Positions 26,490-36,965 of a stretch of 64,000 nt of DNA are shown here, one piece after another. The stretch is from Parvularculaceae bacterium (lineage in GTDB: Bacteria > Pseudomonadota > Alphaproteobacteria > Caulobacterales > Parvularculaceae). The position numbers and the translations under genes are program-made. Positions within the stretch are counted from its first letter, which is position 1; the number at the start of each line of letters is the position of its first letter. The notes under the pieces were generated by a model. It saw nothing but the letters and a program-made list of their open reading frames with translations, was not told where the DNA came from and searched no databases. The stretch is taken from positions 1,773,511 to 1,837,510 of the forward strand of contig OZ253666.1 of NCBI GenBank assembly GCA_965263305.1, given 5' to 3'.

Positions 26490-28409
26490 ATGACTAACGC
26501 CGACGTGGCCATTGACGCCACCCTCGAGCTTATTGTCGTTTGTACGGCGGATGATATTATCCGTTTTGCAAACATTGAATTTGCGTCGTTGTTTAACGCG
26601 CAGCCTCAAGCGTTGCACGGTCAAAGTTTCTCGCCTTTTGAGGCCGACACGGTTGGCATCGGCGAAAGCCGTCATTTCATGACGGAAATGGCGACCGCAG
26701 CCGGAACCAACCTCATTCAATGGGAACTGGCGATCAGCGATCACGGGGAACGTCTTTACACCGGTCGTTTAGCCGCTGACCGCCGTCAAAACCGTCCGGT
26801 CCAAACATTGGGCACCGTGTCCGCAAACGGAGCGTTTACAACGGATAACCCGTCAACGGATGAAGGCGCGCTGGAACGCGCTCATGACGATGATGATGGG
26901 GCGATGCGCTACCTCGCGATTATGAGCCATGAAATGCGCACGCCATTAAATGGTATTCTGGGCATGGCGAGCCTGTTGATGTCCACCGATCTGAACGCTA
27001 ACCAGCGGACATATGCGGAGGCGGTCCGCGAGTCTGGCGGTGCATTGTTAGCCCTGATCAATGATATCCTCGATTTTTCCAAACTAAACGCTGGGAAACT
27101 CGATCTCGAGCAGGAACCTTTTGATCCTTATGCGCTCATTCAAGGGGTGACGGAGCTTTTGGCGCCGCGCGCTGCTGAGAAAGGCATTGAAATTGGATTT
27201 TTTGTCGCTCCGAATGTGCCGAGCAAGCTTGCTGGCGATGAGGCGCGCGTCCGCCAAGTACTTCTCAACCTAGCGGGCAACGGGGTCAAGTTCACCGAGG
27301 TTGGCGGCGTTTCGATAGAGGCGCGCATGGATGCATGCCCGGAAACAGGATCAGATTGTTTCGTGGTCGACGTACGCGACACAGGGATCGGGATCAGCAA
27401 AGAGGCCCAGGCGCAGATCTTCAATGAGTTTTCACAGGTCGACGATGTGATTGCCCGCCGGGCCGAGGGGGCGGGCCTCGGATTGGCGATTTCGCAACGT
27501 CTTGCCGCCGCAATGCCGGGTAAAGTCTGCGTCGAGAGTGAGCCGGGTAAGGGCAGTGTGTTTACCTTCCGCGCCGGTTTAAAAGCGGCCGGCGACGTGA
27601 ACGTTGCGTTAAAAGCGAAGGATACCCCCGTCGTTGTTGCAACGCGTTCCGGCATTTTGGCGCGGATCATCCGTTTGCAGCTTGACGCCTTTGGCGTGAC
27701 GCAGCGTAGTTTCGCGGACACCCATCGCCAAGCAATGGATAGCCTCAAGGCCCAGCCTGGCGCGTTGCTGATCTGCGATACTGATATCGCCGATTCCGAT
27801 AAAGGCGCTCTGGCAGCTGCGGCGGACCGCGCGCTCGTTTTACTCCCGCCCGATGCGCGTGACGCCATTCCCGGTCTGCGAAAGCGGGGATTTGATGGAT
27901 ATCTCATCAAACCGATACGTCAAACAACCCTAATGCGAGAATTGGCGCGCGCGCCGCGTCCACAGGAAAAAGCGCCGCTATCCGTCGATGCATTGACCCC
28001 GGTATCGGCGAAAAAGCCGCTTACCATTCTGTTGGCGGAAGATAATCAAATTAACGCCGTTCTCGCTGTCGCCCTGATCAAACGCGCAGGGCATCGAGTG
28101 GATGTCGCTGGCAACGGCCTCTTGGCGTTGGAGGCGTTGCAGCAAAACAAATATGACCTTGTCTTCATGGACATGCATATGCCTGAAATGGACGGGCTGG
28201 AGGCCGCGCGTCAGATCCGTGCTCTTGCCGCTCCCCATTCGAACACACCGATTGTTGCGTTGACCGCCAATGCGATGGCGGCCGATCGCCAAAAATGCAT
28301 GGCCGCCGGGATGGATGATTTCCTGCCGAAGCCATTCGATCCGGAAGATCTACATGCAATGGTGACCAAATGGGGGTCCGGGCGCAAAGCCATTGGCGCG
28401 GCGTCTTGA
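26490..28409 (+). CDS. Hybrid sensor histidine kinase/response regulator
   Basis: H-box MSHEMRTPLNGILGMASLL, HATPase N/G boxes (…LLNLAGNGVKFT…, …DTGIGIS…GLGLAIS…) and a C-terminal receiver …ILLAEDNQINAVLA…DLVFMDMHMPEMDG…. Confidence 0.85.
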   Translation: MTNADVAIDATLELIVVCTADDIIRFANIEFASLFNAQPQALHGQSFSPFEADTVGIGESRHFMTEMATAAGTNLIQWELAISDHGERLYTGRLAADRRQNRPVQTLGTVSANGAFTTDNPSTDEGALERAHDDDDGAMRYLAIMSHEMRTPLNGILGMASLLMSTDLNANQRTYAEAVRESGGALLALINDILDFSKLNAGKLDLEQEPFDPYALIQGVTELLAPRAAEKGIEIGFFVAPNVPSKLAGDEARVRQVLLNLAGNGVKFTEVGGVSIEARMDACPETGSDCFVVDVRDTGIGISKEAQAQIFNEFSQVDDVIARRAEGAGLGLAISQRLAAAMPGKVCVESEPGKGSVFTFRAGLKAAGDVNVALKAKDTPVVVATRSGILARIIRLQLDAFGVTQRSFADTHRQAMDSLKAQPGALLICDTDIADSDKGALAAAADRALVLLPPDARDAIPGLRKRGFDGYLIKPIRQTTLMRELARAPRPQEKAPLSVDALTPVSAKKPLTILLAEDNQINAVLAVALIKRAGHRVDVAGNGLLALEALQQNKYDLVFMDMHMPEMDGLEAARQIRALAAPHSNTPIVALTANAMAADRQKCMAAGMDDFLPKPFDPEDLHAMVTKWGSGRKAIGAAS

Positions 28410-28529
28410 GCGAAAAGCGCCGTTTATTAGAACACGTAAGGCCTTTCTGTCGCCGCAAACGCGGCTAAGCTCCCCGTTGCAATGCTTCTTACGACACGTA
28501 AAAGCGACGATCAGTAACGGGATGCTTTC

Positions 28530-29903
28530 ATGACCAATGAAACACCATCGGCGGACGACGCCCACAAACCCGCAATTTCCAAGCGCAATGTGGCGGAATA
28601 TTTGGCGGCGGCGAAAACCTATATGACGCCGCGCGGTCTGTTGATGTTAACCTTCGGGTTTTCCGCCGGGCTGCCCTTTTATCTCATTTTTCAGACCCTT
28701 TCGATTTGGCTGCGCGAAGAGGGCGTCAGCCGTTCAGAAATTGGCTTGTTTGTATGGGTCGGCTTCGCGTTTACAATTAAATTTCTATGGGCGCCCATTC
28801 TCGACCGCGTCCCGGTTCCTTTTCTCGAAAAGAAAATTGGACGCCGGCGCGCCTGGATGGCGTTCGCCCAGGCGAGCGTTGCGGCCACGCTGATTGCGAT
28901 GTCATTTGCCGATCCCGGCGCGAACCTAACCTATGTGGCCTTGGTCGCCATTGGCATCGCCTTCGCGTCTGCAACCCAGGATATCGCCATTGACGCCTGG
29001 CGCATTGAAGCGGCCGCCGCGAATGAGCAGGGCATGATGGCGGCGATGTACCAATATGGCTACCGCATCGGTCTCCTCACCGCGAGTTCTCTCACCCTGA
29101 TTATCGCAGACGCCGTCAGTTGGCCCTTTGCCTATCGGTTTATGGCGTTTTTGGTCCTCATAGGCATGTCGGCGGCGCTCTTTGCCCCACGCGTTGAGGC
29201 GCGTGAGCACGAGCCGCCTAAAAGGCTTCCTCCGCTGCAGGCGTTGAGAGAATCGACAATTGGTCCGATTGCTGATTTCTTACGGCGCTATGGCGCCGCG
29301 GCGTTTGTGATTCTGGCGTTTATTGCGCTCTATCGAATTCCTGATTTTGTCATGGGCGTGATGACGGGCACGCTCTATGTTGACCTTGGCTACGATAAGA
29401 CCCAGATCGGCGTGATCCGCGGCGGTATTGGACTGTTGGCGACCATGTTCGGCGTGTTTGTTGGCGGGCTTATCCTGTTGCGCATCACCTATTTACAGGC
29501 CCTCGCCATTGGCGTTGTCGTCCAGGCGGTCACCAATCTTCTGTACTCTTGGTTATCCCTTATGCCGGCCGATAACGTTTACCTCGCGACGGCGGTGGTG
29601 ATTGATAACATCGCCTATGGCTATGCCGGCACCGTTCTCATTGCGTATATGTCCAGTCTGACAAACACCGCGTTTACGGCGACGCAATACGCTTTGTTCA
29701 GCTCTTTCTATGCGATACCGGGCAAGTTTGTCGGCGGCCTTTCCGGATTTATCGTGGATGCGGTCGGCTATGCATGGTTTTTTGTCTACACGGCCGTTGC
29801 TGGTATCCCCGCTTTGGCGCTGATTTATTTCCTGCGCCATTCACAGCAAGTTTTCGAATCCGAGCGCGCTGTCGCGGCCGAAGAACAGGCGGCGGCCCCA
29901 TAG
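28530..29903 (+). CDS. ampG: AmpG-family MFS muropeptide permease
   Basis: About 12-TM MFS protein with an AmpG-like N-terminus (…TYMTPRGLLMLTFGFSAGLPFYLIFQTLSIWLREEGVS…). Confidence 0.7.
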   Translation: MTNETPSADDAHKPAISKRNVAEYLAAAKTYMTPRGLLMLTFGFSAGLPFYLIFQTLSIWLREEGVSRSEIGLFVWVGFAFTIKFLWAPILDRVPVPFLEKKIGRRRAWMAFAQASVAATLIAMSFADPGANLTYVALVAIGIAFASATQDIAIDAWRIEAAAANEQGMMAAMYQYGYRIGLLTASSLTLIIADAVSWPFAYRFMAFLVLIGMSAALFAPRVEAREHEPPKRLPPLQALRESTIGPIADFLRRYGAAAFVILAFIALYRIPDFVMGVMTGTLYVDLGYDKTQIGVIRGGIGLLATMFGVFVGGLILLRITYLQALAIGVVVQAVTNLLYSWLSLMPADNVYLATAVVIDNIAYGYAGTVLIAYMSSLTNTAFTATQYALFSSFYAIPGKFVGGLSGFIVDAVGYAWFFVYTAVAGIPALALIYFLRHSQQVFESERAVAAEEQAAAP

Positions 29904-29931
29904 GGGCTAATAGGGGGACATTCGGGGAGGG

Positions 29932-30345
29932 TTATAACCCTGTCGCTAAGCAGCGGTCCGCATCAGGTTTTGCGGCGCCGGCGGTTTTTGCGCTGGCGTA
30001 AAACGTTCGCACATGAGACTGGGGCTCAGATCCAGTGTCTTTTTCATCTGGATAGAGAATAACTATGATGTTGCAGTCCGCCAGCGCATAGCGACGAAAC
30101 TCGCCGTTTCCTTCGCGCCGCTTCAGCGCTGGATCGCCAAACAGGGCGTCGATTTCTTGAGCGGACTTGCCCATCACATCGTCGGCTTTGAAAGCGGGCG
30201 CGGCGGGCGTTGTCGACGCCGCTTTCTGGAGGGGCGGGCCCGGGTTCGTTGTCGCGGCGCATCCCGAGAGCGCGATGAACGCCAGGGCGAGGACGATACG
30301 GTTGTTCAGGCATGGTTGGCGCGGGTCAACGCTGAGCATGATCAC
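29932..30345 (-). CDS. Small putative lipoprotein (lipobox LSGC)
   Basis: N-terminal hydrophobic stretch ending IALSGC|AATT; no other homology recognised. Confidence 0.4.
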   Translation of the reverse strand: MIMLSVDPRQPCLNNRIVLALAFIALSGCAATTNPGPPLQKAASTTPAAPAFKADDVMGKSAQEIDALFGDPALKRREGNGEFRRYALADCNIIVILYPDEKDTGSEPQSHVRTFYASAKTAGAAKPDADRCLATGL

Positions 30346-30514
30346 GAAGTGTTTTCCTTTTGTGTCGGCGGTCCGATCCCGCCATGCAGAGACATTGCGG
30401 CGCTCGGCGAAACACGCCGGGACAAGGCGTTCTCATCAATAGCATTGCGAACCGCGCTCACGAATTCTATAGACAGCGCCTAAACACTCAACAAGCGCAA
30501 ACGGATTTCCTGAC

Positions 30515-31522
30515 ATGCCAACACCTGATCTCGACGTCATTGGCGTCGGCAACGCGATCGTCGATGTTCTAGCCGAAGCCGACGACGGTTTTCTGGAGAA
30601 GCTCAACTACGCCAAAGGCGGCATGTTTCTCATTGACGAGGAAGAGGCGAAAACTATTTACGACGCGATGGGAACCTCCGTCGAAATCTCGGGCGGGTCA
30701 GCGGCGAACTCGATTGCGTGCATCGCTTCCCTCGGTGGTAAAGGCGGTTTCATTGGGAAGGTCGCCGATGATGCGTTGGGTGAGACTTACCGGCGGGATC
30801 TGCGGGCGCTCGGGGTTGAGTTTGATACTGCGACATTAGCGGACGCCAACGGGCCGGGAACAGGGCGTTGCCTCATTCACGTTACACCCGACGCGCAACG
30901 CACGATGACGACCTATCTTGGCGCCGCCGGTCTTGTCGAGCCTGATGATGTGGAGGAGGCGTTTATCCTGCGCGCCGCCATGACGTTCTTCGAAGGATAC
31001 CAGTTTGAACAGCCCGTCGCGCGCGCCGCGTTTCAAAAGGCTTGTGAGGTTGCGCGGGGCGCTGGGTATAAATCTGCGTTGACGCTATCGGATGTTGGTG
31101 TTGTTGATCGTCAACATGCGGCGCTTCTTGAGTTCATCCCCACCCATGTCGATATATTGATGGCGAATGAGCAGGAGGGCGCGCGGCTCTTTGGCACGGA
31201 TGATCTTGATCAAATGATCAACGCTGCTCGTGAACTATGCCCCCTGACGGCGATCACGTTATCAGAAAAAGGGTCGGTCCTCGTGCCACAAGATGGAGAG
31301 CCCGTTCATATCGATGCGGTGAAACCGACCTCTCTCGTGGATACGACCGGCGCCGGTGACGCCTACGCTGCGGGGCTGCTCTTTGGGATTGCGCGGGGCA
31401 AGCCCTTAGCGACGGCCGGGGCGCTCGGTTCTTTGGCGGCGTCGGAAGTGATCAGCCATTTTGGCGCTCGTCCTCAACGTAATCTTGCAGAGATGGCGCG
31501 CGAAGCCGGCCTCCTGGAATAA
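30515..31522 (+). CDS. PfkB-family carbohydrate/nucleoside kinase (adenosine kinase-like)
   Basis: N-terminal GG motif region VIGVGNAIVDV and a C-terminal DTTGAGDAYAAGLL anion hole/catalytic Asp motif. Confidence 0.8.
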   Translation: MPTPDLDVIGVGNAIVDVLAEADDGFLEKLNYAKGGMFLIDEEEAKTIYDAMGTSVEISGGSAANSIACIASLGGKGGFIGKVADDALGETYRRDLRALGVEFDTATLADANGPGTGRCLIHVTPDAQRTMTTYLGAAGLVEPDDVEEAFILRAAMTFFEGYQFEQPVARAAFQKACEVARGAGYKSALTLSDVGVVDRQHAALLEFIPTHVDILMANEQEGARLFGTDDLDQMINAARELCPLTAITLSEKGSVLVPQDGEPVHIDAVKPTSLVDTTGAGDAYAAGLLFGIARGKPLATAGALGSLAASEVISHFGARPQRNLAEMAREAGLLE

Positions 31523-32549
31523 CGGTTGGCCGGTCTTCATTGGTGGCGCCATCACTGGGCGCCATCGTCCCTGTGCGGTAAAAAGCGTTATCCGTAGTGA
31601 TGGCGATCTCTGAAACGCCAAAGGGGCTCAATTTTTGACGCAGGGTCACCGCTAGGCGGTCAACTAGATCCGCTGTACGAACGGCGCTGATGTTGTCGAT
31701 GGTGCGCTGGGCGATTTCATCGGCGAGCGCTCTGTTGAATACCGGGGTGAGTCTGGCTCTGGCGACATCATCATTCCGCAAGGCGTTATAAAAGCGCTCC
31801 GGCGAATTGACGCCAAAGGAAATACCGAACCCACCTAACACAACCCGCTGACGATCGATAAGAACGACTTCGATATCTGCAGGCGCGATGGCGATCGCCG
31901 GCTGTTGCACGCCTACTATGCCGAGTTTCGATGCGCCGGCGAACGACTGCGGCGCGCCGAAAATCCACCTAACCGGTTTTGGCGGCTTGGCGACATAGCC
32001 ATTCGTGCAGTGAATATTATTCGCCTTGGCGCTGGTGATGCGGGCGCCGTCTGGGAGAATTTTATCTCTTTGCGCGTTCAGAAACGCTTTGCTCCAGCTC
32101 TGAACGCCGCCGCGCACGATATCGCCCAGGCTCATATTACCGACGGCGAAAGACAGGGCGTTCCGCAAGGCGCGTTCCGCCTCCACATAATCGTTGCGAC
32201 CGCCGAATACGCTTGTTTTTCTGGAAATATCTAACCCATGGCGCAAACGCCATTCAACCGCCCGGGCGGCATCGCCAATATGATATGTGACCGCCGCGCT
32301 AATCGTGCAGCTTTCACCGTTCTCTATGGGGATCGTCATTTGCGTTTCGACGCGACGTTGGTACAGCGCGCCGACGATCCCGGCTTGTTCAAACAGCGGC
32401 GCTTTTAAATGAAAGCCGGGTCCCAGAACCCGTTTCGGCGCCCCTTCGCGCAGAATAACCGCCTGTTCGGCAGGCGCGACCCGAACAATGACGCCGCTTG
32501 CCAGCAGGACCGTCCCCCAAACAGCGATGGCGAAAAAGATGATCCGCAT
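31452..32549 (-). CDS. SPFH/band-7 (prohibitin/HflC-like) membrane protein
   Basis: N-terminal TM anchor followed by an SPFH-like body. Internal Met with a GGAG Shine-Dalgarno sequence chosen as start. The 3' end overlaps the convergent kinase gene by about 70 nt. Confidence 0.6.
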   Translation of the reverse strand: MRIIFFAIAVWGTVLLASGVIVRVAPAEQAVILREGAPKRVLGPGFHLKAPLFEQAGIVGALYQRRVETQMTIPIENGESCTISAAVTYHIGDAARAVEWRLRHGLDISRKTSVFGGRNDYVEAERALRNALSFAVGNMSLGDIVRGGVQSWSKAFLNAQRDKILPDGARITSAKANNIHCTNGYVAKPPKPVRWIFGAPQSFAGASKLGIVGVQQPAIAIAPADIEVVLIDRQRVVLGGFGISFGVNSPERFYNALRNDDVARARLTPVFNRALADEIAQRTIDNISAVRTADLVDRLAVTLRQKLSPFGVSEIAITTDNAFYRTGTMAPSDGATNEDRPTVIPGGRLRAPSLQDYVEDERQNG

Positions 32550-32609
32550 GCCCTTACTCCCCACGGGTGAATGACGCGAACACGGGAGCTGTCAACGCCG
32601 CAACCGACA

Positions 32610-33491
32610 CTACAAGCTTCGATCCTCTGGTAGTAAAGGTGCGGCTGGTTCTAAAATGATTTCGATACGGCGATTTGCTGGCGCATACGGGTCTTCGGGG
32701 TAGAGAGGGTTCGCCTCTCCCCTCGCGATGACGCCGGCAATACGATCCCTAGGGAAGCCCGCCGCCAGCATAATACGCCGCGCGGCGTTGGCGCGATCGG
32801 CGGTCAGGTCAAATGCGGAATAGGCCCCGCTAGAGGTCGCATCCGCATGGGCCTCGATCATGATCCGGTTCGCGAGCGGGCTGAGCGCCCGGGCGGTTTC
32901 CTCTAATAGCGCAATGGCGGCGGGTGTCGGTGTTATTTCCCCCGTCGCAAACATGGGACGGCCGGTTGTATCAACCAGCATCACCTGCAAGCCTTCTTCG
33001 GTTAGGTTGATTGTGATGGCGTCTTCACCACCCCGTAGGATAGGATGGGTAAGGATCGCATTTTCGAGGCGCTTTTTCGCGGCAAGAAATGGCCGTTGCG
33101 CGGCGGCGCCTTGGTCGACGCTGGCTTGGCGGCCCGTCGACCCGCGTTGGGGTTTTGCCGTCAGCCGGTCTGATAGCCCTTCGCCGGTCGGATTTGTAGA
33201 GGGGCGAATGTTGCCAGGCTGGCGCTGTTCAGAAACACCTTCAAATTTGATATCGCCGGCGAAGCGGCGTTCTTCGGCGACGCCAAAGGCTTCACGGATG
33301 GAGCCCGCCACCACTTCCATCTTGACTTGGTCTTGGATTGAAAACGAGACAATCAAGACAAAGAAGCACACAAGAATGGTCATGAGGTCGGCATAGGTAA
33401 TGAGCCAGGCGGCGGCCGGGCGGCCCTTTCGGCCCCCCGTTAGGCCCTGCATTTGGTGATCTCCACGCTTTATGATCTTTGTATCGTTCAC
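32610..33491 (-). CDS. motB: MotB/OmpA-like stator protein (flagellar motor protein B family)
   Basis: Single N-terminal TM helix with the conserved Asp (…WLITYADLMTIL…) and a C-terminal OmpA-like peptidoglycan-binding domain. Start overlaps the motA stop (ATGA). Confidence 0.7.
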   Translation of the reverse strand: MNDTKIIKRGDHQMQGLTGGRKGRPAAAWLITYADLMTILVCFFVLIVSFSIQDQVKMEVVAGSIREAFGVAEERRFAGDIKFEGVSEQRQPGNIRPSTNPTGEGLSDRLTAKPQRGSTGRQASVDQGAAAQRPFLAAKKRLENAILTHPILRGGEDAITINLTEEGLQVMLVDTTGRPMFATGEITPTPAAIALLEETARALSPLANRIMIEAHADATSSGAYSAFDLTADRANAARRIMLAAGFPRDRIAGVIARGEANPLYPEDPYAPANRRIEIILEPAAPLLPEDRSL

Positions 33492-34264
33492 GCCGTCGCC
33501 GCTGAGAATGCGCCTCGTGATTTCTCGGGAAGATAGACGATCAACATATCCGTAATCGCGTCGGGGGAGCGCCGTTCAGAGACTTGGCACAGCCCATCGA
33601 TAATCAGGGAGAGGTTGATTTCTTGCGCTTCCAATTTCATGGCGAGTTTGTCGGCAATCGGCAGGGCTAATACATAGGCGATCAACGCGCCGTAAAGCGT
33701 GGTGAGAAGGGCGATCGCCATCGCGGGGCCGATTGTCGACGGGTCGTCCATTGTCCACAGCATACGGACGAGGCCGACGATGGTGCCGATCATGCCAAAG
33801 GCCGGCGCCGCTTCGCCCACGGCGCGGAAAATTTTCTCACCATCGACAAGGCGTTGGATCTCAAGGTCACGCTCACGAATAAGCTGGGAGCGCAAATGAT
33901 CCGTTGGCAATCCATCGGCGATCATCTGCTTACCCCTGGCGAGGAAGGGATCTGATACGATCGCGCGCTCAAGGCCGATGGGCCCGTTGCGGCGGGCGAT
34001 GCTGGCCAGTTGGCGCACTTCTTCTAATAGGTCGCCGGGTTGGCGGCGATGATCCAAAAACGCTGTGCGCGCTCCGGTGGCGAGGGCGGCGAACACTTCA
34101 TCAATCGGAAAACGCAGGATCGTTGCGGACACAGCGCCGCCGATCACGATAAGGAAACTCGGCGCATTGAAAAAAACCGCTACGGCGCCGGACATCGCGA
34201 TTGCTAGCCCGACTACAAATAGCCCGGCCATTATTCCGCCAATTGTCGCTAAATCGATCCGCAT
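33488..34264 (-). CDS. motA: MotA/TolQ/ExbB-family proton-channel stator protein
   Basis: Four-TM protein with a conserved C-terminal TM3/TM4 region …TIVGLVRMLWTM…AMAIALLTTLYGALIAYVLALPIADKL…. Confidence 0.75.
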   Translation of the reverse strand: MRIDLATIGGIMAGLFVVGLAIAMSGAVAVFFNAPSFLIVIGGAVSATILRFPIDEVFAALATGARTAFLDHRRQPGDLLEEVRQLASIARRNGPIGLERAIVSDPFLARGKQMIADGLPTDHLRSQLIRERDLEIQRLVDGEKIFRAVGEAAPAFGMIGTIVGLVRMLWTMDDPSTIGPAMAIALLTTLYGALIAYVLALPIADKLAMKLEAQEINLSLIIDGLCQVSERRSPDAITDMLIVYLPEKSRGAFSAATA

Positions 34265-34361
34265 TGCGCAACGCCCCATCCTGTGTTCAGGGCGGTACTC
34301 TAATCGTGTCAGCGTAAAGACGACCCTTAAAGGATGCCTAAAATGCCGTCAGAATAGGGCG

Positions 34362-35261
34362 TTAGGAGCGTCCCGCATTGGGAACAGAGCCGACGCCGCT
34401 TGCATAGGCCGTCGGTTGATCCTTCGCCATTGCCATTAAGGCGTCGATACGATTTTGGGTCGCGGGATGGGTCGAGAACAGATTATCTTTGCCCCGTCCC
34501 GATAAGGGATTGATGATCATCAGTTGCCCCGTTTCGGGATGCATCTCCGCCGTTTCGTTCGGAATGCGCGCTGCGCCGTTGGAAATTTTCGCCAGGGCTG
34601 ACGCAAGCCATTCAGGATGACCGCAGATTTCCGCGCCCACGCGATCCGCCTCATATTCGCGCCCACGGGAGATCGCCATTTGCACAATACCCGCGGCCAT
34701 CGGCGCCAGGAACATAATCGCCAATGAGCCGATGAGGCCCACCCGGTCGCGCCCGCCGCCAAAGAACATGGCGAAATTGGCAAGCGTCGTAATGGCACCG
34801 GCGATGGTTGCGGTGATGGTCATGGTGAGGGTGTCGCGGTTTTTCACATGGGCGAGCTCATGGGCCATCACGCCGGCGACCTCCTCCGGCGTTAGCATGG
34901 ACAAAAGACCCGTTGTGGCCGCGACGGCGGCGTTTTCGGGGTTTCGCCCGGTGGCGAAGGCGTTTGGCTGTTGGCTGTCAATGATCGTGATTTTGGGGCG
35001 CGGCATGCTCGCGTTTTCCGCCAGCCGTTCCGTCGTCTCTACATAGCGCCGCACCAACCCGGACGGGTGAGAGCTATCGACGATCTGCGCTTTGTACATG
35101 CGCAACACCATCTTGTCGGCGTTCCAGTAGGTGTAAACATTTGTGAGGACCGCAAAGCCAAGGGCGAGCGCCATGCCGGCGCCGCCGCCCAATAAAAAGC
35201 CGATGGTCCCGAAAAGGGCGGTCATCACGGCGAGCAGAAGTCCGGTGCGCATGGCGTTCAT
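34362..35261 (-). CDS. htpX: Zinc metalloprotease HtpX (M48 family)
   Basis: HELAHV (HExxH) motif, N-terminal TM helices and an M48 fold. Confidence 0.85.
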   Translation of the reverse strand: MNAMRTGLLLAVMTALFGTIGFLLGGGAGMALALGFAVLTNVYTYWNADKMVLRMYKAQIVDSSHPSGLVRRYVETTERLAENASMPRPKITIIDSQQPNAFATGRNPENAAVAATTGLLSMLTPEEVAGVMAHELAHVKNRDTLTMTITATIAGAITTLANFAMFFGGGRDRVGLIGSLAIMFLAPMAAGIVQMAISRGREYEADRVGAEICGHPEWLASALAKISNGAARIPNETAEMHPETGQLMIINPLSGRGKDNLFSTHPATQNRIDALMAMAKDQPTAYASGVGSVPNAGRS

Positions 35262-35344
35262 AAAAAACTCTTTCAGCGATTGAAGCGTAAGGTTTATTAG
35301 CGATGTGTCGATCTTATATGTAAGGCCGATGGAACGGGTTCAAT

Positions 35345-35632
35345 ATGAATGACGTGAAAGATGGCGGTGAACCGCTTCAAAAACATGGTGCGCCCGGATC
35401 TGAATCTGGGCCTGAATCTGGATCTGTGCCAGGCGCCGCGCCGGGCAAAACGCTCCCGCCGGCGGCTATTCGCGCCTTGCAGGAGGCCGAGGCCCGTCGA
35501 CAGGCCGACGCCGAAAAAGCCCGCAAGGGTGCGACTGACCCTAAAACCGGCGAAGACGGCGGCCCCGCGGGGCCGGAGCCCACGCGTTACGGCGATTGGG
35601 AGCGCAAAGGCCGAGCCGTCGATTTCAGCTAA
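35345..35632 (+). CDS. DUF1674-family small protein (SDHAF4-like)
   Basis: Conserved C-terminal motif GGPAGPEPTRYGDWERKGRAVDF. Confidence 0.6.
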   Translation: MNDVKDGGEPLQKHGAPGSESGPESGSVPGAAPGKTLPPAAIRALQEAEARRQADAEKARKGATDPKTGEDGGPAGPEPTRYGDWERKGRAVDFS

Positions 35633-35795
35633 GGGGGGTAGAAGCGATCGCTAAGCGTTTGGCAGGAAATTCGCCAGAAATAGACGTGTGAGCACCAACC
35701 AAAAGCAGCAGAATTGAGCGCGCTCGTCCTAATTTGCGGCCGAAGTTAGCGTTTGGTTTTCGCTCAAAAACGATCTTTCAATCGGTTCAGAGTTA

Positions 35796-36647
35796 TCAAG
35801 CGCCAATGCGGCTTATCGATACGGATACACCCGTAACGCGAGCTTCAAACAATTTGATGTCTCTTTCGAGATTGGACGAAACTTCAGTTAACCGCTGTCG
35901 TCCGTCTACCCCTACATTCCAACCGATTATGACGCCACATACGTACGCAGGATCAATTTCCCGTAACCACATGTTTGTCGTGCCTACGACCTTCTTCTTG
36001 CACCGCTGAAGTGCACTGACTACGCGGTACTCTTTTTCGTATGACCAGTCTGAATATTTCCAGAAAAATAGGTTCTTCTGACTACTCGGCCTGAACGTCA
36101 TCCCTTCAAAAACATCAGAATAAGACACCGGTTCAAGCTGATCCAGGACACCAGTTTTATCTCCCGTAAAATAGGTATCTAGGCTGTCAAAAATGACTAC
36201 GAAACCATCCGCATTGCCCGCATAATGTGCCCACATCGGTAGACTAGACCAATTGGATGTGAGGCTCAGAATCCCCGTTTTTGATTTTATGTCTCTGACC
36301 GCGGATCGTTGCAAACTCGCCAGACTGCGAGTGTCATCATAGAATGACGACATGATCTGTCTATGTGCTTCCTCAGCGCTTCGAGGAACCGGAATAGCTT
36401 GGCTTGAAGGGCTTAGCGATTTCAATAACGCTCCTTGCCTGCACAACCATTTGTATTCGATGTCGGAATATCCGTTTTTCCTGAATTCCTCTAAAGATGC
36501 CAAAACCATTTCTTCGTTGATTTCGCCTGCTAACTCAATTGGGTCGTTGAGTTCGTCAGCCATTGAGAATCTAAGGCATCCCCGAAGTATATTCTCAACT
36601 GCTGAAACACTTCGTACAAACTTAAAGAGACTAGTTGACGGGAACAT
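35796..36647 (-). CDS. DUF2971-family protein encoded on a low-GC insertion
   Basis: …LPMWAHYAGNADGFVVIFD… matches the DUF2971 signature (MWAHYA…G). GC content is far below the surrounding genome. Confidence 0.5.
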   Translation of the reverse strand: MFPSTSLFKFVRSVSAVENILRGCLRFSMADELNDPIELAGEINEEMVLASLEEFRKNGYSDIEYKWLCRQGALLKSLSPSSQAIPVPRSAEEAHRQIMSSFYDDTRSLASLQRSAVRDIKSKTGILSLTSNWSSLPMWAHYAGNADGFVVIFDSLDTYFTGDKTGVLDQLEPVSYSDVFEGMTFRPSSQKNLFFWKYSDWSYEKEYRVVSALQRCKKKVVGTTNMWLREIDPAYVCGVIIGWNVGVDGRQRLTEVSSNLERDIKLFEARVTGVSVSISRIGA

Positions 36648-36965
36648 GCGAGTTTTCCTGCAATCAGGCTGTAAACGACAGCAAGTTCAATTGCAGCACA
36701 GTCGACCGATTCAGCCAAGTGGACGTATGCGCAGTTGCGGCGAAAATTCACCTCGTCCGCAACGTGACCGCTCGTCCAATCTCAGGAAGATGGCAGGAAG
36801 AGGCCATTGTTTCCGATGACGCTTACAGCCAGCGTCCTAAGCTCGCCCCATTTCGCTCGCTCGCTCGCAGTGTCCGCTCCGACGATCATGTTGGTGTCCG
36901 AGACGCGGGCGTTTGCTGCAAGATAGCCCTTGAAGAACAAAGCTGGAATGTATAAATATCGTTTT

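Noticed and set aside
32610-34264. MotAB pair as a Zorya (ZorA/ZorB) anti-phage system
   Set aside because: The MotA homologue is of standard length without the long ZorA C-terminal tail, and no ZorC/ZorD-like genes are adjacent.
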